Assembly (NCBI GenBank): GCA_964291235.2
Contig: OZ219816.1
Span: 2,043,729-2,107,728, forward strand
Direction: 5' to 3'
Length of the DNA stretch: 64,000 bases
Source of the DNA: Vicinamibacteria bacterium
Lineage (GTDB): Bacteria > Acidobacteriota > Vicinamibacteria > Marinacidobacterales > Marinacidobacteraceae
Part shown: positions 20,901-30,806 of the stretch, in pieces
Numbering within the stretch: the first letter of the stretch is position 1
How the letters are laid out: the number at the start of each line of letters is the position of its first letter
Translations under genes and position numbers: made by a program
Notes under the pieces: generated by a model
Seen by the model: the letters and a program-made list of their open reading frames with translations, nothing else
Told to the model about the DNA's origin: nothing
The model's database searches: none

Positions 20901-21977
20901 CTAGGCCGGAACGGCGCTGAGGACCTCCGCGAAGGCTCCAAGCGCTTCACGCGCATCCTCGTCGCCGATCCCCAGGTGCGGGATGACCCGCATCGCGTCG
21001 GGAGAGGCCGGCAGCACGGCGACCCCCCGGTCGAGGAGCCCTTCGGCAAGCCGGAACGCGTTCATGCCCGGAGTCCGGAAGCGGACGATGTTCGTCTCGA
21101 CCGAGGACAGCTCCACCGAAATGCCAGGCAGCTCGGCCAATCCTTCGGCCAGCCGCCGCGCCCGCCGGTGGTCCTCCGGGAGGCGCTCCCGATGGTTTTC
21201 CAGCGCATGGAGCGCCCCGGCCGCCATGATCCCGGCCTGGCGGAAACCACCGCCGAACAGCTGGCGGAAGCGGCGCGCTCGCCGGATGAGCGGGGCGGGA
21301 CCCGCGAGGCACGAACCCATGGGCGCGCCCAGGCCCTTCGAAAAACAAACGCTCACCGAGTCGAATCCGTCGGCATAGCGGCTCTCCGGAATTCCGGTGG
21401 CGGCGGTCGCGTGCCAGAGCCGGGCGCCGTCGAGGTGGGTTCCGAGACCGAGCCCGCGCGCCGTGTCCGCGACATCCTGCAGGGCGTCGAGTGGCCAGAC
21501 GGCGCCGCCCGCCCCGTTGTGGGTGTTCTCGGCCGCCAGTAGCCGCGCCACCGGATAGCAGGCGTCCGGGACCATCGGGTGCGGCGTCCGTACCGCAGCC
21601 CGGACCTGATCCGCCGAAAAGACGCCGCGCTTGCTCTCGAGGCCGACAACAGTGGCCCCGGAGAGCGCCGCCGGCCCCCCGCTCTCCACCAAATAGGCAT
21701 GGGCTCGCCGCTCGGCGAGCATCACGTCTCCCGGCTCGGTCTGGCAGCGGATGGCGATCTGGTTGCTCATCGTCCCGGTGGGGGTGAACACCGCGGCGTC
21801 CTTGCCGAGAACCTCGGCCGTCCTCTCCTCCAGGCGGCGGACCGAGGGGTCATCGCCGTACACGTCGTCGCCGACTTCGGCGGCAGCCATCACGGCCCGC
21901 ATTGCCTCAGTAGGGAGGGAGACGGTGTCGCTTCGAAGGTCGATCCGGACCGGACGTCCGGCAGCGGTTTGCGGCAT
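20901..21977 (-). CDS. ltaE: Low-specificity L-threonine aldolase
   Basis: DLRSDTV, GDDVYGDDP, ENTHN, HLDGARLW, CFSKGLGAP (PLP Lys). Confidence 0.92.
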   Translation of the reverse strand: MPQTAAGRPVRIDLRSDTVSLPTEAMRAVMAAAEVGDDVYGDDPSVRRLEERTAEVLGKDAAVFTPTGTMSNQIAIRCQTEPGDVMLAERRAHAYLVESGGPAALSGATVVGLESKRGVFSADQVRAAVRTPHPMVPDACYPVARLLAAENTHNGAGGAVWPLDALQDVADTARGLGLGTHLDGARLWHATAATGIPESRYADGFDSVSVCFSKGLGAPMGSCLAGPAPLIRRARRFRQLFGGGFRQAGIMAAGALHALENHRERLPEDHRRARRLAEGLAELPGISVELSSVETNIVRFRTPGMNAFRLAEGLLDRGVAVLPASPDAMRVIPHLGIGDEDAREALGAFAEVLSAVPA

Positions 21978-22007
21978 TGGGATTCCTCTCTCGGTTTCCG
22001 GCGGGGC

Positions 22008-23084
22008 TTAGCGCGTGATCCTGCGAATAGGAGCGAGCCGGCGCCGGACGGCATCCCCGCGGCCGGTGGACTCGACCATTTCCCACAGCCGGTCCACGAA
22101 CTCGCGGTCGGCGAATCCGGCGGGGGAGCCCCCGGTTGCCGGAGTGGAGAGTCCGAACTCCAGGCGGCAGGTATCCACCGCGCCGGCCAGCGCCGCATCG
22201 AACACCCGGAGTCCCGATGCGCCCAGGTCGTCGCTCTCCCCGGGAAGATCCGCCGAGGTTTCGACTCCGGCGCAGCCGGCTTCCCCGATCAGAACCCGGA
22301 GCTGCACCACATCGCCCCCGGTGAACATGGTGAGGGTGCGGTAACCGAGCTTCTGGCTGACCGCATCGTGAATCCGGCGCAGTTCGGCGACCGGCGTCTT
22401 GTGCTCGCAGACATTGATGTGAGTCGAAATCCCGTCGTCGCGCCGCGAGCCGTCTTCCCGCGGATCGGCCACCAGCACCCCCGCCGACTGCCGCCGGCCG
22501 CGCCGGGCGTCCCCTCCGGCTGCCTGTCCCGCCTCGAGCGCCGAAATCAGGCGGTCCGCCAGCGAGAGGCCGCTGCCCCGCGTGCGTTCGAAATCGTCCG
22601 CGACGGCGTCCACGACCTCAGGCCCAACGAGCAGGTTCCCCTGCGCCGCGTAGTCGGGCCCGGACCGGTGGCCCGCCCAGTAGAGGGTTTCCGAGCCCGT
22701 GTGCTGGGCCACCCCGCCGGTCAACCCGACGACGCCGACTTGCCGGTTCTCGGCGCTCTCGTCCTCGGCGAGCCGGTCGCGCAGCACCTGCTCCGCCGTC
22801 ATTCCCGAGGCGAGCCCGCTGAGCAACTCTTCACCGTACTGGGTGCGGGTGCGGGCCTGGGTAGCGACGGCGCCGACACCGACGCGGACCCAGGGCACCC
22901 CGTTGGCGACGCAGGGGTTGCGGGTGGTGACCGCGACCCCGGCTTCCCCGGTCTCGGGATCCACCGCGGCGATGGAGAACGTGTGGAAATTCGTCTCTCC
23001 GGGCGGGAGCGCTTCCTGGCCGGCGTCAAGGAAAGCCGCGCCGGCCACGAGGAGCAGCAGCGTCATGAGCGGAGTTCGAGGCAC
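22008..23084 (-). CDS. DUF1028 family Ntn-hydrolase-like protein
   Basis: HTFSIAAVDPETG, GAVATQA, AAQGNLL, AGGDARRGRRQSA; signal peptide. Confidence 0.85.
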   Translation of the reverse strand: MPRTPLMTLLLLVAGAAFLDAGQEALPPGETNFHTFSIAAVDPETGEAGVAVTTRNPCVANGVPWVRVGVGAVATQARTRTQYGEELLSGLASGMTAEQVLRDRLAEDESAENRQVGVVGLTGGVAQHTGSETLYWAGHRSGPDYAAQGNLLVGPEVVDAVADDFERTRGSGLSLADRLISALEAGQAAGGDARRGRRQSAGVLVADPREDGSRRDDGISTHINVCEHKTPVAELRRIHDAVSQKLGYRTLTMFTGGDVVQLRVLIGEAGCAGVETSADLPGESDDLGASGLRVFDAALAGAVDTCRLEFGLSTPATGGSPAGFADREFVDRLWEMVESTGRGDAVRRRLAPIRRITR

Positions 23085-23180
23085 AGGGGGAATCGTACTC
23101 GGGGGTGAGCAACCGCGGGACGAGCCGCGACGATCGTCTCGCGTCCGCTCGTCCCGGCGCCGTGGGTATGAGAAACCCGG

Positions 23181-24653
23181 TCAGGAGGAGAAGAAGCGGG
23201 AGAGGCGGGCGGAGGGCGGAGCCGCGGTGGAACGCGAGACCACCACCAGGGCCACGGTGGAAACGGCCACGATGGCAGCCGCCGGTTCCACGCCGCTCCC
23301 CGCGATCGTCCAGCCGGGAGCCCCCCCGGAGGAGACGAAGAAGATGGTCCAGAGCAGGAGCCCGCTCAGAATCCCCGCGGCGGCGCCGGCGCCGGTGCTC
23401 CGCTTCCAGTAGAGGGCGCCGACCAGAACCGGAAAGAACGCCGTGAAGCCCGAGAGGGCCCAGACTCCGAGACTGAAGATCGTCTGGGTGGAGACGAGGC
23501 TCAGCACAAAGACCAGAACCAGAAAAGCAGCCACGAAGATCCGGCCGAGGAGCGCCTGGCGCCTCTGGCTCCACATCGCGAAGCGCGGGACACGCGCCGC
23601 CGCGTTTCGGGTGAGCATGGTCCCCACAGCGAGCGTCTGGGAGTCGAGCGACGACATGATCGCGGCGAACACCCCGGCGGCGAGCATGCCCGCCAGGACA
23701 CTCCCGGCGTGCTCCCGGATCAGCAGGATGATGATCGGCCCCGTTGCGTCAACGGGAACGTCGAGCCGGCCCAGGGCGCCGAGCACCACCGAAGGGAACC
23801 ACACGGCCGCGATGCACACCGGATACAAGAGCACCGGCATGCGGAAGGCTTCCGCGCTCCGCGCCGACATCCAGTGGCTGAAGATGTGCGGGAAACACGA
23901 AGTGGAGAGCGGAACGAACAGATACGTCGCAATCTGAATCCAGTCCCGGGGGGAGCGCGCCAGCTCCAGGAGTTCCGGCGACTGCTCGCCGAGACGGGCC
24001 ATCGCCGGAACGAAACCACCCATGCCTCCGGTAATTACGACTAAGGCGAGCCCGCTGACCCCGATAAAGACCAGCGTCTGGAAGGTATTCACGAGCGCGG
24101 TGCTCCGCATGCCGCCGAGGACCACGTAGATCAAGACCACCAGGCACATCACCAGGCTGCCGGCCCACGGCGGGATCGCCGCATCCGTACCCGCGATCGC
24201 GGCGAGCGCATCTCCTCCGCCCTTGACTCCGATCAGCACGTACGGGACGAGCCAGAGCAGCGCGGCTCCGAGCACCAGCAGCCCGAGCGCCGGCGACTCG
24301 TAGCGATCCTCGAAGAACTCGGCCTGGGTGGCGTACCCGTGGCGCTTGCCGAGGCGCCAGAGAGGGACTCCGATGAGGAGGAAGGTCATCGGAATGACGA
24401 TCGCGGAACTCGTCGCCATCAGGGCAAACACCCGGATCCCCTGCCGGTACGCCTCTCCGGAGGCCCCGAGGATGGTGAAGGCCGTCATGTTCGTTCCGAA
24501 GAGCGTCATCAGCAGAACGAACGGCCCGATCGAACGGCCGGCGAGGAAGTACCCCTCGCCGGCCCGGTCCGGGCCCGTGCCCCTGCCGAACCGCGCCATC
24601 AACCCGACCCCGATGACCGCGGCCAGGTACAGGGCGACGACCCCGACCGTCAT
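23181..24653 (-). CDS. Sodium:solute symporter (SSS) family protein
   Basis: YFLAGRSIG, GGMRS, AAIMSSLDS; many TM segments. Confidence 0.92.
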   Translation of the reverse strand: MTVGVVALYLAAVIGVGLMARFGRGTGPDRAGEGYFLAGRSIGPFVLLMTLFGTNMTAFTILGASGEAYRQGIRVFALMATSSAIVIPMTFLLIGVPLWRLGKRHGYATQAEFFEDRYESPALGLLVLGAALLWLVPYVLIGVKGGGDALAAIAGTDAAIPPWAGSLVMCLVVLIYVVLGGMRSTALVNTFQTLVFIGVSGLALVVITGGMGGFVPAMARLGEQSPELLELARSPRDWIQIATYLFVPLSTSCFPHIFSHWMSARSAEAFRMPVLLYPVCIAAVWFPSVVLGALGRLDVPVDATGPIIILLIREHAGSVLAGMLAAGVFAAIMSSLDSQTLAVGTMLTRNAAARVPRFAMWSQRRQALLGRIFVAAFLVLVFVLSLVSTQTIFSLGVWALSGFTAFFPVLVGALYWKRSTGAGAAAGILSGLLLWTIFFVSSGGAPGWTIAGSGVEPAAAIVAVSTVALVVVSRSTAAPPSARLSRFFSS

Positions 24654-24889
24654 GGCGTCTTCTTGCCGCTGCTACCGGAGGCGGAGGGGTCGGGGGCGCC
24701 AGCAGGGGTGGGCAAGAGCGTCCGCACCGCGAGCCAGAGATTGAGCGTGGAGAGTCCGACGACGCCGATCTCGAGGACAAGCCCGAACGGCGTCCCCAGG
24801 AGACGCGGCTCCGCCGGAGCGAGCGCCACCAGCAGGTGCGTAAGGACGAGCGCCGCTCCCGCGGCGATCAGCCAGTTGCGGCGCCGCAA
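24650..24889 (-). CDS. Small two-TM membrane protein upstream of the SSS transporter
   Basis: Two hydrophobic segments flanking RLLGTPFG; stop overlaps the symporter ATG; start (TTG) approximate. Confidence 0.55.
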   Translation of the reverse strand: MRRRNWLIAAGAALVLTHLLVALAPAEPRLLGTPFGLVLEIGVVGLSTLNLWLAVRTLLPTPAGAPDPSASGSSGKKTP

Positions 24890-24896
24890 TTTGCGG

Positions 24897-26060
24897 TTAG
24901 CGAGCTCTGAGTTCGTGCGTCCGCCTGAAGTTGAACCGGATGCCCACGAGGCCGGAGAAGTTGTCCTGGGGCGCGCTGATGTGTCTCGCGAAGAGCCGGA
25001 ATTCCGCAAATGCCTGCATCTGCCCGGCACCGGTGTAGTTGGGCAGATTGAAGCCCGCCGTTCCGAACACGCCGCCGTCCAGAATCTCCGAGTCTCCGAT
25101 GCCCCAGGCGCCGGCGCCCAGTCCGAAGAACCCTCCCGGGGTCTGCCGGGTCACGATCACATCGAGTGTCGATCCGAGCCAGAAGTTGTGGGCGAATCCG
25201 CCGCCGGCCCGGATCGAAAACGCGTTGGTGCGGTCGGCCGTCGCATCGTGCGGCACCGTGAGGCCCAATCCGGCGCCACTCAGCCAGGAGGCCTCCGGGG
25301 TCGGGACGATGTCGGTCCGCTCACTCTTGTAGGTTCCGGTCGCGAAGTCGGCAATCGGCCAGAAACGCGGATGCAGCGCATCCACGCCCAGATCCGCGCT
25401 GCTGCAGGTGGCGGTGACTCCCCGATCGTCGGCGATCGTCACACTGGCCTCATAGACGCCACCCCCCGGCAGGACGAAGCGGCGCTCACATTGGTCGCTG
25501 GCGTCGAGAGTCGAAATCTGTACCCCGTCCTGCAGAACCGTGATGTAACGGGTGGCAATCCCGCCGGTCACGGCGCTGGCGTCACAGCTGCTCACGACAA
25601 ACTCGGCCGCCAGATAGTGGGTTGCCTCCTCCGGACCGCTGACGGTGAGGGAACAGGTCGGCGTGCCGGCCTCGAGCGAAACGGTGGCGCTCGCCGACTG
25701 CGGCGCCCCGGCTCCGCTCACCGTGGCCTCGGCCCGCCAGGTACCGGCGTCCCTGAGTTGCCCGGTCCACGAGAACCGCCTTCCGTCGCGGTCCATCGAG
25801 AGGTTCTCGCTCCCTCCCGAAGGGGAGGTCAGGGTCACGTTGAGGCGCGCTCCCTCTTCGAGCCGAACATCCACGGTAATCCGCGCCGCGGAAAACGAGT
25901 ATTCGCCCGACGCCACGAAGTGGATCACCGGTGGATCCTGCAGCGACTGCGGAGCGGACCTGCTGGCGGCCCCCGGGGCGGCAGCGAGGAGTGCCAGGGC
26001 GAGAGTCCAGGCGAAAGACCTCGCCGGACGAAATGCGAAACGGTGCGCGAGATGGATCAT
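24897..26060 (-). CDS. Hypothetical secreted protein, Ig/PKD-like domains plus C-terminal beta-barrel-like region
   Basis: Signal peptide; GVYEASVTIADDRG; alternating beta pattern ending GLVGIRFNF. Confidence 0.55.
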   Translation of the reverse strand: MIHLAHRFAFRPARSFAWTLALALLAAAPGAASRSAPQSLQDPPVIHFVASGEYSFSAARITVDVRLEEGARLNVTLTSPSGGSENLSMDRDGRRFSWTGQLRDAGTWRAEATVSGAGAPQSASATVSLEAGTPTCSLTVSGPEEATHYLAAEFVVSSCDASAVTGGIATRYITVLQDGVQISTLDASDQCERRFVLPGGGVYEASVTIADDRGVTATCSSADLGVDALHPRFWPIADFATGTYKSERTDIVPTPEASWLSGAGLGLTVPHDATADRTNAFSIRAGGGFAHNFWLGSTLDVIVTRQTPGGFFGLGAGAWGIGDSEILDGGVFGTAGFNLPNYTGAGQMQAFAEFRLFARHISAPQDNFSGLVGIRFNFRRTHELRAR

Positions 26061-26375
26061 GGTGTCCCTTCGCCTCCTCGGTCTGCGCGGCGGCGGCGCA
26101 GCGACTTGGCGGTGAGTTGCACAGGAACCGCCGGTTCTGGAAACCAGCTTCCGAAACCGCCGGACAGCCCGACGGAGCTAAAGCAAGACTTGAACTTCAT
26201 TGTACGGGGCGGCTTGAAGCCGGGTCCAAAACGGTTCCAGACGAAGAGCGTTCCCTTGAACCGATCTGAGCACACCCAACCGCAAAGCTCGGGCGGAAGC
26301 TTACTTTCCCCCCGGCGAATCCTCCACCTTTAGCCGGTACCGGGAGGAGGCGCACTGATAGAGTCTCCGGTCGGT

Positions 26376-27512
26376 TTGAGCTCGGAACCGGCTACCCAGC
26401 CCGCGCGAGGCGGGCAGCGGCTTTATCTGGAGGACGGTGCCGGTTTTACCGGCGTCTCTTTCGGTGCCGCCCTCGATCATCCAGTCGCGGGGGAAGTTGT
26501 GTTCAACACCGGGATGGCGGGGTACATAGAGACCCTGACGGACCCGTCGTATCGAGGACAGATCCTGGTTCTGACGTATCCGCTCCAAGGGAACTACGGC
26601 GTCCCGCCGGCGCGCCCGGACGGTTCCATTGCCGGTCCTTTCGAGTCCGGCCGGATTCAGGTCCAGGGGTTGGTCGTCCAGCATCACGAACCTCACTACA
26701 GCCATCACGCGGGAGCCCGGTCCCTCGGCGCCTGGCTCGCCGCGGAAGGGGTGCCGGGGATTCAGGGCGTGGACACCCGCGCGCTCACCATGCGGCTACG
26801 GGAGGTCGGGACGATGCGCGGCGTGCTCTGCGACGCCGGCATGGAGGCGTCCGACGCCGTGGAGCAGGCTTCGGCGGTCGAAATGCATCGCCAGGTCTTC
26901 GAGCAGGTGGTGCCGCAGGCGCCAGCCCACTACGGCCCGGAGGACGGACCGGAAGTGCTGCTGGTGGACGTGGGCGCCAAGGACAACATCGTGCGCTCGC
27001 TCATCGCGCGGGGCGCCCGGGTTCATCGCGTATCCGGCCTCGCGCCGTTCGCCGGCGCCGCGCGATCCGCCGCCGGGATCGTCCTCGGGAACGGCCCCGG
27101 CGACCCGGGAGACCTGCAGGATCTCGCCCGGGAACTGCGCACGGTGATGGAGTGGTTCCCCGGTCCGATCTTAGGCGTCTGCCTCGGCAATCAGTTGCTC
27201 GCCATGGCCGCGGGAGCGCGGACCTTCAAGCTGCCCTACGGGCACCGCAGCGTGAACCAGCCGGTTCGGGATCTCGTCAGCGGCCGCTCTTTCATCACGA
27301 GCCAGAACCACGGATACGCGGTGGACGAAGCGAGTCTGCCCGACGGTTGGGTCCCGTGGTTCGAAAACCTCAACGACGGCACGAACGAGGGAATCCGGTC
27401 GCTCGGGCGGCCGTTCCGCAGCATCCAGTTCCATCCCGAAGCCCACCCCGGCCCCGAGGACACGGCCTACCTCTTCGACGATTTCCTGCAGGAGTGCAAG
27501 AGCAGCCCGTGA
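26376..27512 (+). CDS. carA: Carbamoyl-phosphate synthase small subunit
   Basis: GEVVFNTGM, LTDPSY, NGPGDP, GVCLGNQ, SQNHG, QFHPE. Confidence 0.96.
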   Translation: MSSEPATQPARGGQRLYLEDGAGFTGVSFGAALDHPVAGEVVFNTGMAGYIETLTDPSYRGQILVLTYPLQGNYGVPPARPDGSIAGPFESGRIQVQGLVVQHHEPHYSHHAGARSLGAWLAAEGVPGIQGVDTRALTMRLREVGTMRGVLCDAGMEASDAVEQASAVEMHRQVFEQVVPQAPAHYGPEDGPEVLLVDVGAKDNIVRSLIARGARVHRVSGLAPFAGAARSAAGIVLGNGPGDPGDLQDLARELRTVMEWFPGPILGVCLGNQLLAMAAGARTFKLPYGHRSVNQPVRDLVSGRSFITSQNHGYAVDEASLPDGWVPWFENLNDGTNEGIRSLGRPFRSIQFHPEAHPGPEDTAYLFDDFLQECKSSP

Positions 27513-30500
27513 CCACGGCGTCCGCGAAGCCACGCTCCGTCATCGTCCTGGGATCGGGGGCGCTCCAGATCGGCCAGGCCGGCGAGTTCGACTATTCCGG
27601 ATCGCAGGCGATCAAGGCGTTGAGCGAAGAGGGCGTCCGCACCGTCCTCGTGAACCCGAACATCGCCACCATCCAGACCAGCGAGGGAATGGCGGATCGC
27701 CTGTACCTGAACGCGGTCACGCCGCGCCTGGTCCGGCAGGTTGCCGAAGCGGAAGGCGTCGACGGGGTGGCGCTCTCGTTCGGAGGGCAGACCGCGCTGA
27801 ACTGCGGGCTGGAACTCGAGGACTGGTTCCGGGCCGCCGGAATCCAGGTGCTGGGCACCCCGGTCAGCAGCATTCGGGACACCGAGGATCGGGGCCGGTT
27901 CAACGCGCGGCTCGCCGAAATCGGGGTGCTCACGGCCAGGAGCATCGTCTGTCACGGCCGCGCCGAAGCCCGGGAAGCCGCGGCGGCGATCGGGCTGCCC
28001 CTGATGCTGCGGATCGGATTCGCCCTCGGTGGCAAGGGCAGCGCCATCGTGGAGACCGAAGCGGAGCTTGAGGCGGCGCTCACGAACATCTTCGGAGCCC
28101 ACGACACGAAACAGGCCCAGGTGCTGGTCGAGGAATCCCTCCGCGGCTGGAAAGAAATCGAGTACGAGGTGGTCCGCGACCGCGACAACAACTGCATCAC
28201 GGTCTGCAACATGGAGAACCTGGACCCGATGGGGATCCATACCGGGGAATCGCTCGTGGTGGCGCCCTCGCAGACCCTGAACGATGAGGAGTACCAACTC
28301 CTCCGCACGGTTTCCATCCGGACCATCCAGCACCTCGGGATCGTGGGCGAATGCAATGTGCAGTTCGCCCTGAGTCCCACGGGGGCCGACTACCGGGTTA
28401 TCGAAGTGAACGCCCGGCTTTCCCGTTCCTCGGCACTCGCCAGCAAGGCGACCGGCTATCCCCTCGCCTACGTCGCCGCAAAACTCGGGCTCGGGTTCAC
28501 CCTTCCCGACCTGAAAAACGCCATCACCGGAGTCACGAAAGCGTTCTTCGAGCCTGCGCTTGACTACCTGGTGCTGAAGGCGCCGCGCTGGGACCTCGGC
28601 AAGTTCCAGGAGGCCGGCACCCGCATCGGCAGCGAGATGAAGAGCGTCGGGGAGGTCATGGCCATCGGGCGCACCTTCCCCGAGGTGCTCCAGAAGGCGC
28701 TGCGCATGCTCGACATCGGCGTCCGGGGACTCGATTCCCACGCCTTCGACTTCGAAGATCGCCAGGATGAACTCGTCAACGCGACGCCGCGCCGGATCTT
28801 CGCTCTTGCCCAGGCCCTGAGGGAGGCCGTGGATGCGGGAACGGTGGGAGAGGCGGTTACCGAAATCCACGATCTGACCAGGATCGATCCCTGGTTCCTC
28901 TACGGCATCGCCGAGGTGATGCAAACGGAGGCCGATGTCGAACGCGGCGGCTGGCCAATTCCGGAGGCGACGCTCAGGAAGGCCAAGGAACAGGGGTTTT
29001 CCGACGAATCGCTCGAGTTCCTCACCCGAAGGGAACGGGGCGCGGCGCGCGCCGCCCGCCAGGACGCCGGCATCGGCCCCCACATCGCCCGCATCGACAC
29101 CCTGGCCGCCGAGTTCCCCGCGGAGACCAACTACCTCTACTCCACCTACCACGCCAGCAGCGACGAGGGCGTGGGGCTCCCGGCCGGGGACCGCCGCCGA
29201 ATCCTGGTGATCGGCTCCGGGGTCTATCGGATCGGCTCCTCGGTGGAGTTCGACTGGTGCTGTGTCAACGCCGTCCAGGCCGCCGCGGAACTCGACTGCG
29301 AGACCCTCATGCTCAACTACAACCCGGAGACGGTGAGCACTGATTACGACATCTGCGACAAGCTCGTTTTCGACGAGGTGAGCGTGGAGTCGGTTCTCGA
29401 TCTCGTGGAAAAGGAGCGGCCGGACGGGGTGGTGGTGAGCATGGGCGGCCAGATTCCGAACCGCCTGGCGATGCGGCTGCACGACGCCGGCGTTCCGATT
29501 CTGGGCACCTCGGCGGAGGACATCGACCGGGCCGAGGACCGCAACAAATTCAGTGCGCTACTGGACCGGATCGGAGTGGATCAGCCGCGCTGGGCCCACG
29601 TCACCGACGTGGCCGACGCGGAACGCATCGTGGAACAACTGGGCGGCTTCCCGGTGCTCGTTCGTCCGAGCTACGTGCTGAGCGGCGCCGCGATGTCCGT
29701 CGCGCACGAACACCACGAGCTCACGCGGATCCTGCGCAAGGCGAAGGCGATTTCCCCCGAGCACCCGGTCGTCATTTCCAAGTTCGAGGAGGACGCCCGC
29801 GAGATCGAGATCGACCTGGTCGCCAAGCAGGGCGAGGTCGTGCTCTGGGCGGTCAGCGAGCACGTGGAGGACGCCGGCGTCCACAGCGGCGACGCCACCC
29901 TCGTCCTGCCGCCCGTGGACATGACCATTCCGACGCTGGGCCAGGTGCGGCGCATCGCGCAGCAAATCGCCGGCGAACTGCGGGTTACCGGCCCGTGCAA
30001 CATTCAGTTGCTCCACCGCGACGGGATCGTGAAGGTGATCGAGTGCAATCTGCGGGCATCGCGGAGCCTGCCGTTCGTCTCCAAGGTGACCGGCCGCAAC
30101 TACGCGAAGGCAGCCACTCGCATCATGCTGGGCGCGGATCCGGGGATGGATCACCGGCCGCTCTACGAGCTTGAGCACGTCGGCGTCAAGGTGCCGCAAT
30201 TCTCGTTCTCGCGGCTCATGGGCGCCGATCCCCTGCTGGGCGTGGAGATGGCCAGTACCGGCGAAGTCGGATGCCTCGGCGATTCCTTCCACGAGGCGCT
30301 CCTGCACGGCCTGGTTGCCACCGGCTTCCAGCGCCCGAAGAAAGGGGTCCTGCTGTCGCTCGGCCCGCTTCGTTGGAAACACCGGTTCGTCCGCACCGCC
30401 CGGACGATGGCGGAGGAACTCGGTCTCAAGATCTATGCAACCTCCGGGACCTGCCGCGTGCTCCTCGAGAACGGCATCGAAGTCACGGAAGTGGCGCGGG

Positions 30501-30793
30501 TGGCCACGCAGCAGCGTCCCCTGGGGGAAGGCTTCGACCAGCCAGGCCCGCTCAGCGCTCTCGATCTCATCGACCGCGGGGAAGTGGACTTCGTGGTGAA
30601 CGTCCCCGTCGCCTTCGACCCCGAGGGCCGCCCGGACGGTTACCTGGTGCGCCGGCGCGCGGTGGACCGCGGAGTCCCGCTGATCACGGACCCCTCACTG
30701 GCCCGCCACGTGGTCACCGCCCTCGTGGCGCATGAGGAAAACACCCTCCGCGCCCGCGCCTGGAACGACTTTCTGGAGCCGCCGAGCAGATAG
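27509..30793 (+). CDS. carB: Carbamoyl-phosphate synthase large subunit
   Basis: IGQAGEFDYSGSQA, two ATP-grasp halves, C-terminal MGS-like domain; GTG overlaps the carA TGA. Confidence 0.97.
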   Translation: MTTASAKPRSVIVLGSGALQIGQAGEFDYSGSQAIKALSEEGVRTVLVNPNIATIQTSEGMADRLYLNAVTPRLVRQVAEAEGVDGVALSFGGQTALNCGLELEDWFRAAGIQVLGTPVSSIRDTEDRGRFNARLAEIGVLTARSIVCHGRAEAREAAAAIGLPLMLRIGFALGGKGSAIVETEAELEAALTNIFGAHDTKQAQVLVEESLRGWKEIEYEVVRDRDNNCITVCNMENLDPMGIHTGESLVVAPSQTLNDEEYQLLRTVSIRTIQHLGIVGECNVQFALSPTGADYRVIEVNARLSRSSALASKATGYPLAYVAAKLGLGFTLPDLKNAITGVTKAFFEPALDYLVLKAPRWDLGKFQEAGTRIGSEMKSVGEVMAIGRTFPEVLQKALRMLDIGVRGLDSHAFDFEDRQDELVNATPRRIFALAQALREAVDAGTVGEAVTEIHDLTRIDPWFLYGIAEVMQTEADVERGGWPIPEATLRKAKEQGFSDESLEFLTRRERGAARAARQDAGIGPHIARIDTLAAEFPAETNYLYSTYHASSDEGVGLPAGDRRRILVIGSGVYRIGSSVEFDWCCVNAVQAAAELDCETLMLNYNPETVSTDYDICDKLVFDEVSVESVLDLVEKERPDGVVVSMGGQIPNRLAMRLHDAGVPILGTSAEDIDRAEDRNKFSALLDRIGVDQPRWAHVTDVADAERIVEQLGGFPVLVRPSYVLSGAAMSVAHEHHELTRILRKAKAISPEHPVVISKFEEDAREIEIDLVAKQGEVVLWAVSEHVEDAGVHSGDATLVLPPVDMTIPTLGQVRRIAQQIAGELRVTGPCNIQLLHRDGIVKVIECNLRASRSLPFVSKVTGRNYAKAATRIMLGADPGMDHRPLYELEHVGVKVPQFSFSRLMGADPLLGVEMASTGEVGCLGDSFHEALLHGLVATGFQRPKKGVLLSLGPLRWKHRFVRTARTMAEELGLKIYATSGTCRVLLENGIEVTEVARVATQQRPLGEGFDQPGPLSALDLIDRGEVDFVVNVPVAFDPEGRPDGYLVRRRAVDRGVPLITDPSLARHVVTALVAHEENTLRARAWNDFLEPPSR

Positions 30794-30806
30794 CGTCGCC
30801 AGTCCG

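Noticed and set aside
26061-26375. Riboswitch in the long intergenic region before carA (contains CGCAAAGC)
   Set aside because: The rest of the c-di-GMP-I or PyrR-type consensus could not be found by eye; an Rfam scan would be needed
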